From Candidatus Levyibacteriota bacterium (GTDB taxonomy: Bacteria > Patescibacteriota > Microgenomatia > Levybacterales > UBA12049): 64,000 nucleotides of DNA. The stretch spans positions 15,240 through 79,239 of the forward strand of contig DAIDHL010000004.1 in NCBI GenBank assembly GCA_027459745.1, written 5' to 3'. This document shows positions 19,930-30,622 of this stretch, in pieces. The translations under genes were made by a program, and so were the position numbers. The notes under the pieces were generated by a model. That model worked only from the letters and a program-made list of their open reading frames with translations, was not told where the DNA came from and ran no database searches. Positions within the stretch are counted from its first letter, which is position 1, and each line of letters starts with the position of its first letter.

Positions 19930-20253
19930 TTATTTAGCTGTTTTTTTGTTAGAAGTTTTCTTTGTGGTTTTCTTAACTTCTTTAGCATCTTCTGTTTTGA
20001 CTGATGTGCTAGCCTTTCCACCATCAACTAATTTGGACAAATTTGATTTCAAACGAGCTGCTTTGTTCTTGTGAATAATATGATCTTGTGCGGCTCTGTC
20101 CAAAGAACTGAAAGCTTCACTTAAATTTTCCTTGGTCGGCTTTTGTCTGGCTTTTTTCAAAAGTTCGCGATACACCACACGTACTCGCTTATTTCTAAGT
20201 GTTCTTTTTTTGTCCTGACGCATCTTCTTTTTTGCGTGTTTCAATAGTGGCAT
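19930..20253 (-). CDS. rpsT: 30S ribosomal protein S20 with Lys-rich C-terminal tail
   Basis: KHAKKKMRQDKKR..RN; IHKNKAARLKS. Confidence 0.95.
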   Translation of the reverse strand: MPLLKHAKKKMRQDKKRTLRNKRVRVVYRELLKKARQKPTKENLSEAFSSLDRAAQDHIIHKNKAARLKSNLSKLVDGGKASTSVKTEDAKEVKKTTKKTSNKKTAK

Positions 20254-20302
20254 AGCTGTATTTTAGCATGATATACTTGTTTTGACAAGCATAATAGAAC
20301 CT

Positions 20303-21958
20303 ATGACTGATCTGTTTCGCAAAGGCTTAGACCTTATTCTAAAACGTCAAACCAACATCTTATCCGCAGCATTTGTCATAATGTCTACCGTAGTTTTATC
20401 ACAGCTGTTGGGCATAGTGAAAAAGCGTCTGTTAGTGTCTATCTTTGGACCCACCAACGCCGTAGGTGTATATACGGCAGCCTCTGTTTTGCCTGATTTT
20501 CTTTTTCAAGTAGTCATTGCAGTTGCCCTTTCCAGCGCCTTTATTCCTATTTTTGCTAATTACTTGAGTAAGAATGAGGAAAAAGAAGCGAATGAAATGG
20601 CCTCTGCTTTACTTACTGTAGGGTCGTCATTATTTATTATCTTGGGTGTAGTTCTAGCCATTTGCGCACCGTTCGTTTTACAAATTATGAATCTGGGCTC
20701 TGGTTTTTCTCCAGACCAAATGGCTTTAATGGTCAATTTAATGCGCTTACTACTGATTGGACAATTAATGTTTTTAATTGGTGTCTTCTTCACAGCTTTG
20801 TTACAAACGCATAATCACTTTTTTGTTCCTGGTTTTGCCGCAGCTTTGTATAACTTAGGTATCATCATAGGCATTTTGGCATTTAAGCAATACGGCATGT
20901 ATGGACCGACTATCGGCAATATCATCGGGGCTGCCTTATTTGTTTCATTGCAAATTCCCGTCATTCGCAAAGTAGGTTTTCACTTTAAGATAAATTTTGA
21001 TTTTCGTAATTCCGGCTTACAAAAGGTGTTGCATTTGATGTGGCCACGATCTATCTCAAATATTGTTTTCAATCTTTCTTCTGTCCTCACCATTTCTTTG
21101 ATCTCATTTATGCCCTCTGCAGGCAGAAATTATGTACTTTTGGATCTGGCGCAAGCGCTGGCTTTTGCTCCTGTTACGCTTTTTGGTCAATCGATAGCCC
21201 AAGCTGCATTCCCCGTCTTAGCCAAGGAAAAAGATAATCCAGAAGAATTTAAATCAACTTTCATTACCAGCTTCAATCAAATGTTATATTTAGTTCTGCC
21301 AGTATCGGTTCTGCTATTAGTTCTACGCATTCCAATAGTTCGTCTTATTTATGGTGCTTCAACTAATTTCGACTGGCCTGCGACAGTATTAACTGGCAGA
21401 ACGCTCGCATTTTTTAGTATCGCTATCTTTTCTGAAAGTTTGAAGGCTTTACTCGCACGCAGTTTTTATGCATTACATGACACCAAGACACTTTTGGTCA
21501 GTAGTACATTGAGTACATTTTTGATGTTGGGACTATCTGCCTACTTTATCGTCGGTTTAAAATTAGGCATTATGTCTATCGCTTTTTCGTACTCAGTTGC
21601 GAGCATTTTGGAAATGTGTATTTTGTTTTTAATTTTAGAACACCGTTTGCACGGATTTGACCGCAAGTTCCTGGTTTTCTCCTGGTTGAAAATCTTTTCG
21701 GCCACTTTTTTCACTGCCTTTGCCCTTTATATACCTATTAAACTTCTCGACCAACTAGTCTTTGATACAACCAAAACTATTAATCTTTTATTACTAACCG
21801 GTATTTCAAGTTTGGCTGGCATAGTTATTTATGTGTTTCTTACCTGGTTGTTTAACGTCAAAGAAGCCTTTACTTATGTGGTAATGTTCAAAAAGCTTGG
21901 TACCTGGCGAGATATCATGAAAAAACAATCCGAAATCATAGAAAACACCAAGTTTTAA
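20303..21958 (+). CDS. murJ: Lipid II flippase MurJ
   Basis: LPDFLF, ALSSAFIPIF, AAFPVL, LARSFYALHDTKT; about 14 TM helices. Confidence 0.92.
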   Translation: MTDLFRKGLDLILKRQTNILSAAFVIMSTVVLSQLLGIVKKRLLVSIFGPTNAVGVYTAASVLPDFLFQVVIAVALSSAFIPIFANYLSKNEEKEANEMASALLTVGSSLFIILGVVLAICAPFVLQIMNLGSGFSPDQMALMVNLMRLLLIGQLMFLIGVFFTALLQTHNHFFVPGFAAALYNLGIIIGILAFKQYGMYGPTIGNIIGAALFVSLQIPVIRKVGFHFKINFDFRNSGLQKVLHLMWPRSISNIVFNLSSVLTISLISFMPSAGRNYVLLDLAQALAFAPVTLFGQSIAQAAFPVLAKEKDNPEEFKSTFITSFNQMLYLVLPVSVLLLVLRIPIVRLIYGASTNFDWPATVLTGRTLAFFSIAIFSESLKALLARSFYALHDTKTLLVSSTLSTFLMLGLSAYFIVGLKLGIMSIAFSYSVASILEMCILFLILEHRLHGFDRKFLVFSWLKIFSATFFTAFALYIPIKLLDQLVFDTTKTINLLLLTGISSLAGIVIYVFLTWLFNVKEAFTYVVMFKKLGTWRDIMKKQSEIIENTKF

Positions 21959-22008
21959 ATTAAACTTTCTTCTTGCTTTAAAAATTATTTCTGCTAAAAA
22001 TAGTCTAC

Positions 22009-22767
22009 ATGACAAGTCATATAAAAATTCCTGTTAAATTTAAACCAGTTATAGATCAACTTTTGGATTTGCAAAAAATTGATCGATATCAAGGAGTAAT
22101 CATCTTCGGATCATTGGCCCGAGGAGATTCCAATGACCATAGCGATGTTGACGTCAATATCATTATAAATGAAGATAATGAATGTGAGAAAGTAAATCAT
22201 CCATACATAAATAAAATAAAACTAGATCTGAATATTTTATCTTTAAAGCAATTCAATACCAAAATGGATCGGCAAATTAAAAAACATGAACGTATACCCT
22301 GGATTGCTGAAGCATTAATACTTTTTGACAAAACTGGAGAATTAAAAAAATTACAACAAGAGGCAAAGAAAATAAAACCTCTAAAAATCAAAAGTAAAGA
22401 ATATCCTTGGATTAATTTTTTGATTTATAACGTGAACGCCAAAGTGGAAAGGTATATTCATGACCAACCCGAACAGGCATTATTTGTCATGACTACAGAA
22501 TTAAGCTATCTTTTAAGGATTTATTATCAACTTAAAGGCCGATGGTGGGTGAGTAATAAAAGATTATTAACACAATTAGCACAAACTGACACTCAACTTG
22601 CAAACTACATTAAAAAGTTTATGTCTGCACCTGAAATTAAAAGTAAATATAATTATTGGCAAAAAATCGTAGCTTATATTTCACATCCTTTAGGCGGACT
22701 AAAACCTCTGATTGAAAAAAACTGTCAATGCAAAACCTGCAAACTAGACTTAGTAAACTTTAGTTAA
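22009..22767 (+). CDS. Pol-beta superfamily nucleotidyltransferase with helical C-domain (KNTase-like)
   Basis: IIFGSLARGD...SDVDV motif; ILFDKTG; C-terminal CxCxxC. Confidence 0.8.
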   Translation: MTSHIKIPVKFKPVIDQLLDLQKIDRYQGVIIFGSLARGDSNDHSDVDVNIIINEDNECEKVNHPYINKIKLDLNILSLKQFNTKMDRQIKKHERIPWIAEALILFDKTGELKKLQQEAKKIKPLKIKSKEYPWINFLIYNVNAKVERYIHDQPEQALFVMTTELSYLLRIYYQLKGRWWVSNKRLLTQLAQTDTQLANYIKKFMSAPEIKSKYNYWQKIVAYISHPLGGLKPLIEKNCQCKTCKLDLVNFS

Positions 22768-22782
22768 GAAATAAATTTATCA

Positions 22783-23079
22783 TTAAACAATGTCAGCAGG
22801 TAAACCAAGTCTTTCTTCAACTCTAGTTAATCTTTTACTTTGACTCATTTGCTCTCTATTAAGCTAGTCTAAGATAATACTCTTATCCTTTTTTAAAGAT
22901 CTCAAAGATTTCGTATGACCGTTAACGGTTTTGGTGATATCTTGCAAAAGTTTGTCATGATTTTTTAGCATTTCTTTCTGGCTTTCTAACATTTTTCCAT
23001 GACTAGACAATTCTTCCTTAATAGGAGCTAAATTTTCTTCAAGTAATTTAGAAATCCGCTGCAAATCTTGTGTGATCAT
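22783..23079 (-). pseudogene. Small coiled-coil protein interrupted by an in-frame TAG at 22864-22866
   Basis: 71-aa ORF; the frame continues past TAG as LNREQMSQSKRLTRVEERLGLPADIV*; own promoter TTGACA-N17-TATATT at about 23089-23117. Confidence 0.55.
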
Positions 23080-23135
23080 CGTAGGTGTAATATATGTCTC
23101 TCAGTAATAGCTGTCAAGTTAATGCCTATAAAAAC

Positions 23136-23161
23136 AAAAAAAATCCCGCCTTTGCGCGGGA
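23136..23161 (-). terminator. Intrinsic terminator downstream of groEL
   Basis: TCCCGC-gcaaag-GCGGGA followed by T8 on the minus strand. Confidence 0.8.
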
Positions 23162-23249
23162 CATTGCATGATTCTAGAGCCATCTTTGGCTTCCCAGAAT
23201 GAGGATTACCTTTTTGCTTTATAAACTTTATGGACTTTATAACTTTCGA

Positions 23250-24899
<1,650 letters not shown>

Positions 24900-25199
24900 T
24901 TACTCCATTATTGCTAAAATATCTTTTTCTTCGACAATTACACAATCTTCACCATTTACTTTGACTTCATTGCCACCCCATTTTTTGTACATCACTTTAT
25001 CTCCGACCTTAACTGACATAGGTTTGACATCACCCTTAGGACCAATATGACCTTTGCCTGCCGCTAGCACTTCACCAATCTGTGGTTTTTCTTTGACACT
25101 ATCTGGCAAGATAATCCCACCGGCTGTTTTTTCTTCTGCTTTTACAGGCCTAATTAAAACATTGTCGAATAATGGTCTAATTTTATTTTTTGCTGTCAT
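24900..25199 (-). CDS. groS: Co-chaperonin GroES
   Basis: IRPLFDNVLI, TAGGIILPD, VKVGDKV, EKDILAI. Confidence 0.98.
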   Translation of the reverse strand: MTAKNKIRPLFDNVLIRPVKAEEKTAGGIILPDSVKEKPQIGEVLAAGKGHIGPKGDVKPMSVKVGDKVMYKKWGGNEVKVNGEDCVIVEEKDILAIME

Positions 25200-25220
25200 A
25201 TTAATCTAATTAGTAGGCAA

Positions 25221-25247
25221 TTCGCACTTAAGAATTGTTACTGCTAG
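25221..25247. promoter_or_regulatory. Degenerate CIRCE (HrcA operator) between the groES promoter and start codon
   Basis: TTCGCACTT-N9-TACTGCTAG versus consensus TTAGCACTC-N9-GAGTGCTAA (7/9 and 6/9); promoter TTGACA-N17-TATAAA at 25248-25276 on the minus strand. Confidence 0.6.
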
Positions 25248-25301
25248 TTTATACAAAAAAATTAAAATAATGTCAATAGCCTATAGCTAACACATGTATA
25301 C

Positions 25302-25330
25302 TTGACACCCCATTATTTCTTCTATACGAT
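25302..25330 (+). promoter_or_regulatory. Promoter of the cohesin-domain gene
   Basis: TTGACA-N17-TACGAT. Confidence 0.55.
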
Positions 25331-25363
25331 GATTATAAGTGCTAAAAGAGCACATGGATTTAT

Positions 25364-26254
25364 ATGCATTCATCTAATTGGAAACGTTTGGTACTTATTG
25401 GTTTTATTGCCATTTTATTAGTGGCCATCCCAGTGGCATTATATTTAGTTAAACAAACGACTAATACAGCATCACACGCTACTCCAGCTACTAATTTAAC
25501 GTTTACTCCACCTTCCAGTAATCCAGCACCTATTACGGCCAACGTTGGAGATACTGTTCCCTTAACATTAAACATTGATCCTGGGACTAATTTAGTTACT
25601 TCAGTCAAGGTTTATATTCAATACGATCCTACCAAACTCAGTGCTTCCAGTACTTCATTTACTGTGAATAATTCTGCTTTTCCTGTTACAGTCGATGGCC
25701 CTACTTATTCTCCAGGTTCTATTTCTTTTTCTGTATCTATCGGAGCTGATTATACCAAAGCGATTCAATCTCCTACCAGCGTAGGTACTTTAACTTTTAC
25801 AGCTTTAGCAGCTACTAATCCTAATACTCCTACCCAAGTAAGCGTTACAACTCAATCTCAAGTCTTATCTGCCGGACCAAATGACCAATATCCAGAAAAC
25901 GTACTACTGTCAAGACCTATCGCTTATATCGCAGTTAATGGTCCTGCTCAACCTTCCCTTACTCCAACAGGGGTGCCTGGACCCACAGCTACACCTATAC
26001 CCGGACAACCGACTAATACTCCCACACCGACATTAGAAGCCACTCCAACCTCTACTCCTGCAGCTACACCAGTGGCAATTGCAACGCCTACAACCGCTGT
26101 AGTAGCTGTTATTGCTAATCCAACAGATACTCCGGTTCCCCCCTTACCTAGTGCAACTATAGCCGCTACTGGCTCTACAGATATAACATTTGGTGCTGGT
26201 GCTATATTAACAGTACTTTCTGTTATCGGTGGTGTAATCTTCTTCGTGCTATAG
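25364..26254 (+). CDS. Surface protein: N-terminal TM, cohesin-like domain, PT linker, sortase-like signal (IAATG) and C-terminal TM
   Basis: ANVGDTVPLTLNID, IQYDPTKL, GTLTFTA cohesin pattern; PTATP repeats; hydrophobic C-tail. Confidence 0.75.
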   Translation: MHSSNWKRLVLIGFIAILLVAIPVALYLVKQTTNTASHATPATNLTFTPPSSNPAPITANVGDTVPLTLNIDPGTNLVTSVKVYIQYDPTKLSASSTSFTVNNSAFPVTVDGPTYSPGSISFSVSIGADYTKAIQSPTSVGTLTFTALAATNPNTPTQVSVTTQSQVLSAGPNDQYPENVLLSRPIAYIAVNGPAQPSLTPTGVPGPTATPIPGQPTNTPTPTLEATPTSTPAATPVAIATPTTAVVAVIANPTDTPVPPLPSATIAATGSTDITFGAGAILTVLSVIGGVIFFVL

Positions 26255-26259
26255 TACGT

Positions 26260-26329
26260 TACTTACTACTTACTACTTACTACTTACTACTTACTACTTA
26301 CTACTTACTACTTACTACTTACTACTTAC
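26260..26329. repeat. Perfect heptamer tandem repeat (TACTTAC)x10
   Basis: Counted directly; fills the gap between two convergent stop codons. Confidence 0.97.
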
Positions 26330-26331
26330 TA

Positions 26332-28110
26332 CTATTTATTCTCCATCATCGCGAAGAGAGCCTCTTGAGGTAAATGAATTTTCGCAGATGAGACCATACG
26401 CTTTTTACCTTTTTTCTGAGCTTCTAGCAACTTATCTTTTCTCGTTCTATCTCCGCCAGACATTTTGGCTAATACATCTTTACGATAAGGAGGAATCTCT
26501 TCGCGTGCAACAATATTTCCATTCATTAACGCTTGAATAATTTGCCTGAATTGTTGACGAGGTAGTGACTCTTTTAATTTCTGTGCTTTTTGTCTAGCTA
26601 TATATAATCCCTCATCCCGATACGCCAATTCAGATAGAACATCAATAATATTGTCGTTAATTTTTACATCTACGTTTACCAAATCTGCCTGCTTATATGC
26701 CGTTAACTCATAGTCAATACTAGCATAACCAGAACTTACTGTTTTCAACTCTGCAGAAAGTCCACGTATAAACATACTATATGGTAATTCATAACTTAAA
26801 GTCGCATAAGTATCATGATATTGCAGATCAACCAAATCTCCTTTTCGTTTTTGACAGACTGTCATAACATTACCCACGTATTCATTGGGAATGTAGACAG
26901 TAAGTAACATATAAGGCTCACGCATTGTTCCATCTGACGATTTCTCATATAATACATTAGGCATTGTTAGTAATAAATCCAACCCAAATTCCTGGGCCAA
27001 TCGTTCTTTAACTATCTCCGCATGTAATAAGCCCAAAAAACCCACGCGAAACCCACTACCCAAATAAGCAGAATATTCTTCAGTATAAGTTAGTGAAGTG
27101 TCGTTTAGCATTAATTTACCCAATGACTCACGTAAGTTAGCAAAATCAGAAGCATCTTTGGGGTACATGCCGAAGAAGACCATAGGCTTGGGAGTTTGAT
27201 AACCTGGTAATGGATAAACCTCGTTTCCTTTATCGTCAATTGCTAATTTTGAATTTTGAATTTTAAGATTTGCATTGACTATGGTATCTCCCACTCTGCC
27301 TTGGCGTATATCTTTGATACCAGTAATAACATAACCAATTTCTCCTGCGACTAACTGGCTGCTTGGCTGTAAAAAGGGATTAAACACACCTACCTCAGTC
27401 ACCGTAGTAGAGGTTCCACCTTGGAAAATTTTAATTTGATCACCTATTTTAATTGATCCACCAAACATACGAATATAAGTTACAACTCCACGATATTCAT
27501 CATATACAGCATCAAAAATTAAAGCCCTTAATGGTTTTTCAATTTCATTACTGGGAGAAGGCAATTTTTCTACTATCCGATCCAGCAATAACTGCACGTT
27601 CTCACCAGTTTTAGCTGAAATAAAAATAATCTCTTCTTCTTTAAATCCAAATACTGATACCAACTCTTTGACTACTAAATCTGTCTGGGCGTTGGGTAAA
27701 TCAATTTTATTAATTACGGGAATCATGACTAGTCTTTGTTTTTTTGCTTCAAAATAATGTGCTACTGTTTGCGCCTGAATTCCCTGGGTAGCATCAACTA
27801 ATAACACTGCTCCTTCACAAGCGGCGAGCGTACGAGAGACCTCGTAAGAAAAATCTACATGTCCTGGTGTGTCAATCAAGTTTAATATGTACTCATTACC
27901 ATCGGACGCATGATAAAGCATGCGTACTGGTGCTAATTTAATAGTAATGCCTCTTTTTTTGCTGATCGCATTCATATCCAAAAACTGCTCTCCCAACTTG
28001 TCTTTGGCAATCGTTTGGGTAATTTCCAAAAACCGATCCGACAATGTCGATTTACCATGGTCTACATGGGCGATAATAGCAAAATTCCGCACTAACTTTG
28101 GGTCAATCAT
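26332..28110 (-). CDS. lepA: Elongation factor 4
   Basis: RNFAIIAHVDHGKSTL, LNLIDTPGHVDF, GFLGLLH, GGDRTRK.KLLE.QKKGKKRM. Confidence 0.97.
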   Translation of the reverse strand: MIDPKLVRNFAIIAHVDHGKSTLSDRFLEITQTIAKDKLGEQFLDMNAISKKRGITIKLAPVRMLYHASDGNEYILNLIDTPGHVDFSYEVSRTLAACEGAVLLVDATQGIQAQTVAHYFEAKKQRLVMIPVINKIDLPNAQTDLVVKELVSVFGFKEEEIIFISAKTGENVQLLLDRIVEKLPSPSNEIEKPLRALIFDAVYDEYRGVVTYIRMFGGSIKIGDQIKIFQGGTSTTVTEVGVFNPFLQPSSQLVAGEIGYVITGIKDIRQGRVGDTIVNANLKIQNSKLAIDDKGNEVYPLPGYQTPKPMVFFGMYPKDASDFANLRESLGKLMLNDTSLTYTEEYSAYLGSGFRVGFLGLLHAEIVKERLAQEFGLDLLLTMPNVLYEKSSDGTMREPYMLLTVYIPNEYVGNVMTVCQKRKGDLVDLQYHDTYATLSYELPYSMFIRGLSAELKTVSSGYASIDYELTAYKQADLVNVDVKINDNIIDVLSELAYRDEGLYIARQKAQKLKESLPRQQFRQIIQALMNGNIVAREEIPPYRKDVLAKMSGGDRTRKDKLLEAQKKGKKRMVSSAKIHLPQEALFAMMENK

Positions 28111-28248
28111 GCCTCACATTATAGTTTATTACCCACTTAAAGGCAAAATAAGCACAAAAAATCGAGGAGTTTTTAAATTTACAACTTCACCTCATATTAC
28201 CTAGAAAACCCCTTGGCATCGTCAAGTACCCTTGCTACAATATCCATT

Positions 28249-28986
28249 ATGAACAATGGCCAAATCATCATCGGCTCAACCATCGTAATCATTTTTGTTG
28301 GTATTTTTCTTTTTCTTAATTTCAACAGTAACCAAAATAAATGGGGGTCCTTATTACCTCCTACTCCCACGATAGATATGACTGCTCCTTTTCAATTAAT
28401 CTCTCCTGCACAGCCTCAGGCTCAACAAAACATACAAGGTGCACAGACTCAGCAGCAAGTGCAACAACCTCCTCCTCCAACGGCTGCTCCTACATCAGCT
28501 GCAAGTTCATTTGAAGGTCCTTTACCAGCCACAGTATCTGCTACGATTCATACAGCTAAAGGAGATATTGTTCTAAGTCTATTTGCTGATAAAGCTCCTA
28601 AAACAGTGGGGAACTTTATTGCCAAAGCCCAAGCAGGTTTTTATAATAATCTGACTTTCCATCGTGTAGAAGATTGGGTAGTCCAGGGAGGAGATCCTAA
28701 GGGAGATGGAACTGGAGGTGGACAAATGCCAGCTGAGCAAACACCTGGAATAAATTTTGTTACGGGCTCATTAGGTATAGCCCGTGGTTCTGATCCGACT
28801 ATTAATAACGCTGCGCAATTTTTTATTACCAAAAAACAGGCTGATTGGCTCAATGGACAATATACTAACTTTGGCATAGTAACTAGTGGCATGGATGTGG
28901 TAAATAAGCTGGCAGTTGGAGATAAAATTCAGACTATTTCAGTTGATCTGACCCAAACCGAAGGCGGTGGCTACACTTCACCCTAA
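28249..28986 (+). CDS. Membrane-anchored cyclophilin-type peptidyl-prolyl isomerase
   Basis: APKTVGNF, FYNNLTFHRV, VQGGDPKGDGTGG, QFFIT, WLNGQYTNFG; ATG 28249 follows TGCTACAAT. Confidence 0.9.
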   Translation: MNNGQIIIGSTIVIIFVGIFLFLNFNSNQNKWGSLLPPTPTIDMTAPFQLISPAQPQAQQNIQGAQTQQQVQQPPPPTAAPTSAASSFEGPLPATVSATIHTAKGDIVLSLFADKAPKTVGNFIAKAQAGFYNNLTFHRVEDWVVQGGDPKGDGTGGGQMPAEQTPGINFVTGSLGIARGSDPTINNAAQFFITKKQADWLNGQYTNFGIVTSGMDVVNKLAVGDKIQTISVDLTQTEGGGYTSP

Positions 28987-29004
28987 GCTGTTATAATACT
29001 CCCC

Positions 29005-29528
29005 ATGCACGAAGCGGTAGAATATCAAAGGATACTTCTGTTCCTAGAAGTCCAAAAGAAACCATACGTTGTTATATAGCCGACCCACAAGGAAACATCT
29101 TACTTCTGCAAAAAACATCCTACTTGTATGAAGTCCCTGGAGGTAAGATCGATGAGGGTGAAGAAGTAGCGACTCCAAAACAGCAAATGGATGCATTAGT
29201 ACGGGAAGTATTAGAAGAAACAAATATTAATATTACAAAGAATCCAATTCACAAAACACATGAATATTCATATATTTTCCCGCATAACGGAAAACTCTTA
29301 AAGTCTTATGTACATGCTTATCTAACTCTTGTTGCTACTGAGCAAAAACTTGGGATAAGTATTAATAATGTTTTTAAACCTGATGGCTCACCTGAGGATA
29401 ATCATATGAGTTTTATTTGGGCAAATTCTAAAGACTTAAATAATCTTAGACGTTCAGGACAACTTTTAGGTAATTCTAAATTTTATGCACCTGTACTCTT
29501 TAGGCTACGCCAACTGAGAGCACAATAA
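29005..29528 (+). CDS. NUDIX hydrolase with the start out of frame (possible frameshift or pseudogene)
   Basis: Frame of 29124 reads ETIRCYIADPQGNILLLQK...YEVPGGKIDEGE...LVREVLEET, but the promoter-proximal ATG at 29005 is in the +1 frame. Confidence 0.65.
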
Positions 29529-29571
29529 AGAAACTGCTTGGTACTTGAAAATTAGACTGTTTTAGTCCTAC

Positions 29572-29594
29572 AAAAAAACTCCCTTTTGGGAGTT
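29572..29594 (-). terminator. Intrinsic terminator after rpsG
   Basis: AACTCCC-aaaa-GGGAGTT plus T-run on the minus strand. Confidence 0.75.
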
Positions 29595-29615
29595 CTATTT
29601 AACCTATAGATAAAC

Positions 29616-29643
29616 TAGATCCTGAAACAAATTCAGGATGACA
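29616..29643. repeat. Half copy of the palindromic element
   Basis: TAGATCCTGAA-acaaa-TTCAGGATGACA; same ...GATGACA/AATGACA end as the 19334 and 56279 copies. Confidence 0.65.
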
Positions 29644-29650
29644 ATACGGT

Positions 29651-30124
29651 TTACCAACGGAAGTGGGCAAAAGCGCGGTTTGCTTCGGCTTGGCGATGCA
29701 TGGTATCTCTTTTCTTAATTGCTTCTCCGGCATTATTAGCTGCATCAATCAATTCTTGAGCTAATTTCTGGGCAAAGGTATGATATTCACTATTTGGTCT
29801 CTTACGAGCAGCTTCTAGTATCCATCTAATTGCCAAGGAAACTTTGCGATCTGCCCTTACCTCGACTGGTACTTGATAGTTAGCTCCACCAACACGGCGA
29901 GCCTTTACTTCTACTTTAGGTGAAATAGTTGAGAGTGCTTTTTCAAATGTTTCCAGAGGCTCCATGCCTTTTTCTTTAATCAAATCAAATGCAGCATACA
30001 TTTGTCTCTGCGCGACTGATTTTTTACCATCTACCATCAAACAGTTGGTAAATTTGGCTACCATAATATTGTTGAAAAGCAAATCCGGTTTTATTCTTCT
30101 TTTATCAATTTTTGCATGTCTCAT
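29651..30124 (-). CDS. rpsG: 30S ribosomal protein S7
   Basis: MVDGKKSVA, EVKARRVGGANYQVPVEV, AEANRAFAHFRW. Confidence 0.99.
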   Translation of the reverse strand: MRHAKIDKRRIKPDLLFNNIMVAKFTNCLMVDGKKSVAQRQMYAAFDLIKEKGMEPLETFEKALSTISPKVEVKARRVGGANYQVPVEVRADRKVSLAIRWILEAARKRPNSEYHTFAQKLAQELIDAANNAGEAIKKRDTMHRQAEANRAFAHFRW

Positions 30125-30142
30125 ATTTTTATAGATCTAAAC

Positions 30143-30568
30143 TTACGCTCCTTTTGACGCACTTGGCATCTTGGCACCATACTTACTACGTGATGTATGA
30201 CGGCCTTCTACACCTTGTAAATCGAATTTACCACGTACAATATGGTATTTCACTCCAGGTAAATCTTTAACACGGCCACCGCGAACTAAAACAATACCGT
30301 GTTCGGACAAACTGTGGCCAATACCTTGAATGTAAGCAGTAACTTCGACTTTGTTGGATAATTTAACACGAGCAACTTTACGCAAAGCAGAATTAGGCTT
30401 CTTAGGAGTCATTGTTTTTACCAAAGTAACTACTCCCCGCTTTTGTGGAGAACTCAAATCTTTGTATTCACGGTCTTTGGCGTTAAACATGCGACGCAAA
30501 CCGGTAACTTTGACCTTTTTAATTTTATGTTTTCGACCATGTCTGGCCAATTGCGATAATGTTGGCAT
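30143..30568 (-). CDS. rpsL: 30S ribosomal protein S12
   Basis: [27 protein letters not shown]. Confidence 0.99.
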   Translation of the reverse strand: MPTLSQLARHGRKHKIKKVKVTGLRRMFNAKDREYKDLSSPQKRGVVTLVKTMTPKKPNSALRKVARVKLSNKVEVTAYIQGIGHSLSEHGIVLVRGGRVKDLPGVKYHIVRGKFDLQGVEGRHTSRSKYGAKMPSASKGA

Positions 30569-30622
30569 AACTTAATTATTATATCACACTTTACGCTCAA
30601 GGGAAACTTTCATGATGGGCAA

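Noticed and set aside
26260-26329. Possible CRISPR array
   Set aside because: Contiguous 7-mer with no unique spacers, and no cas genes in the window
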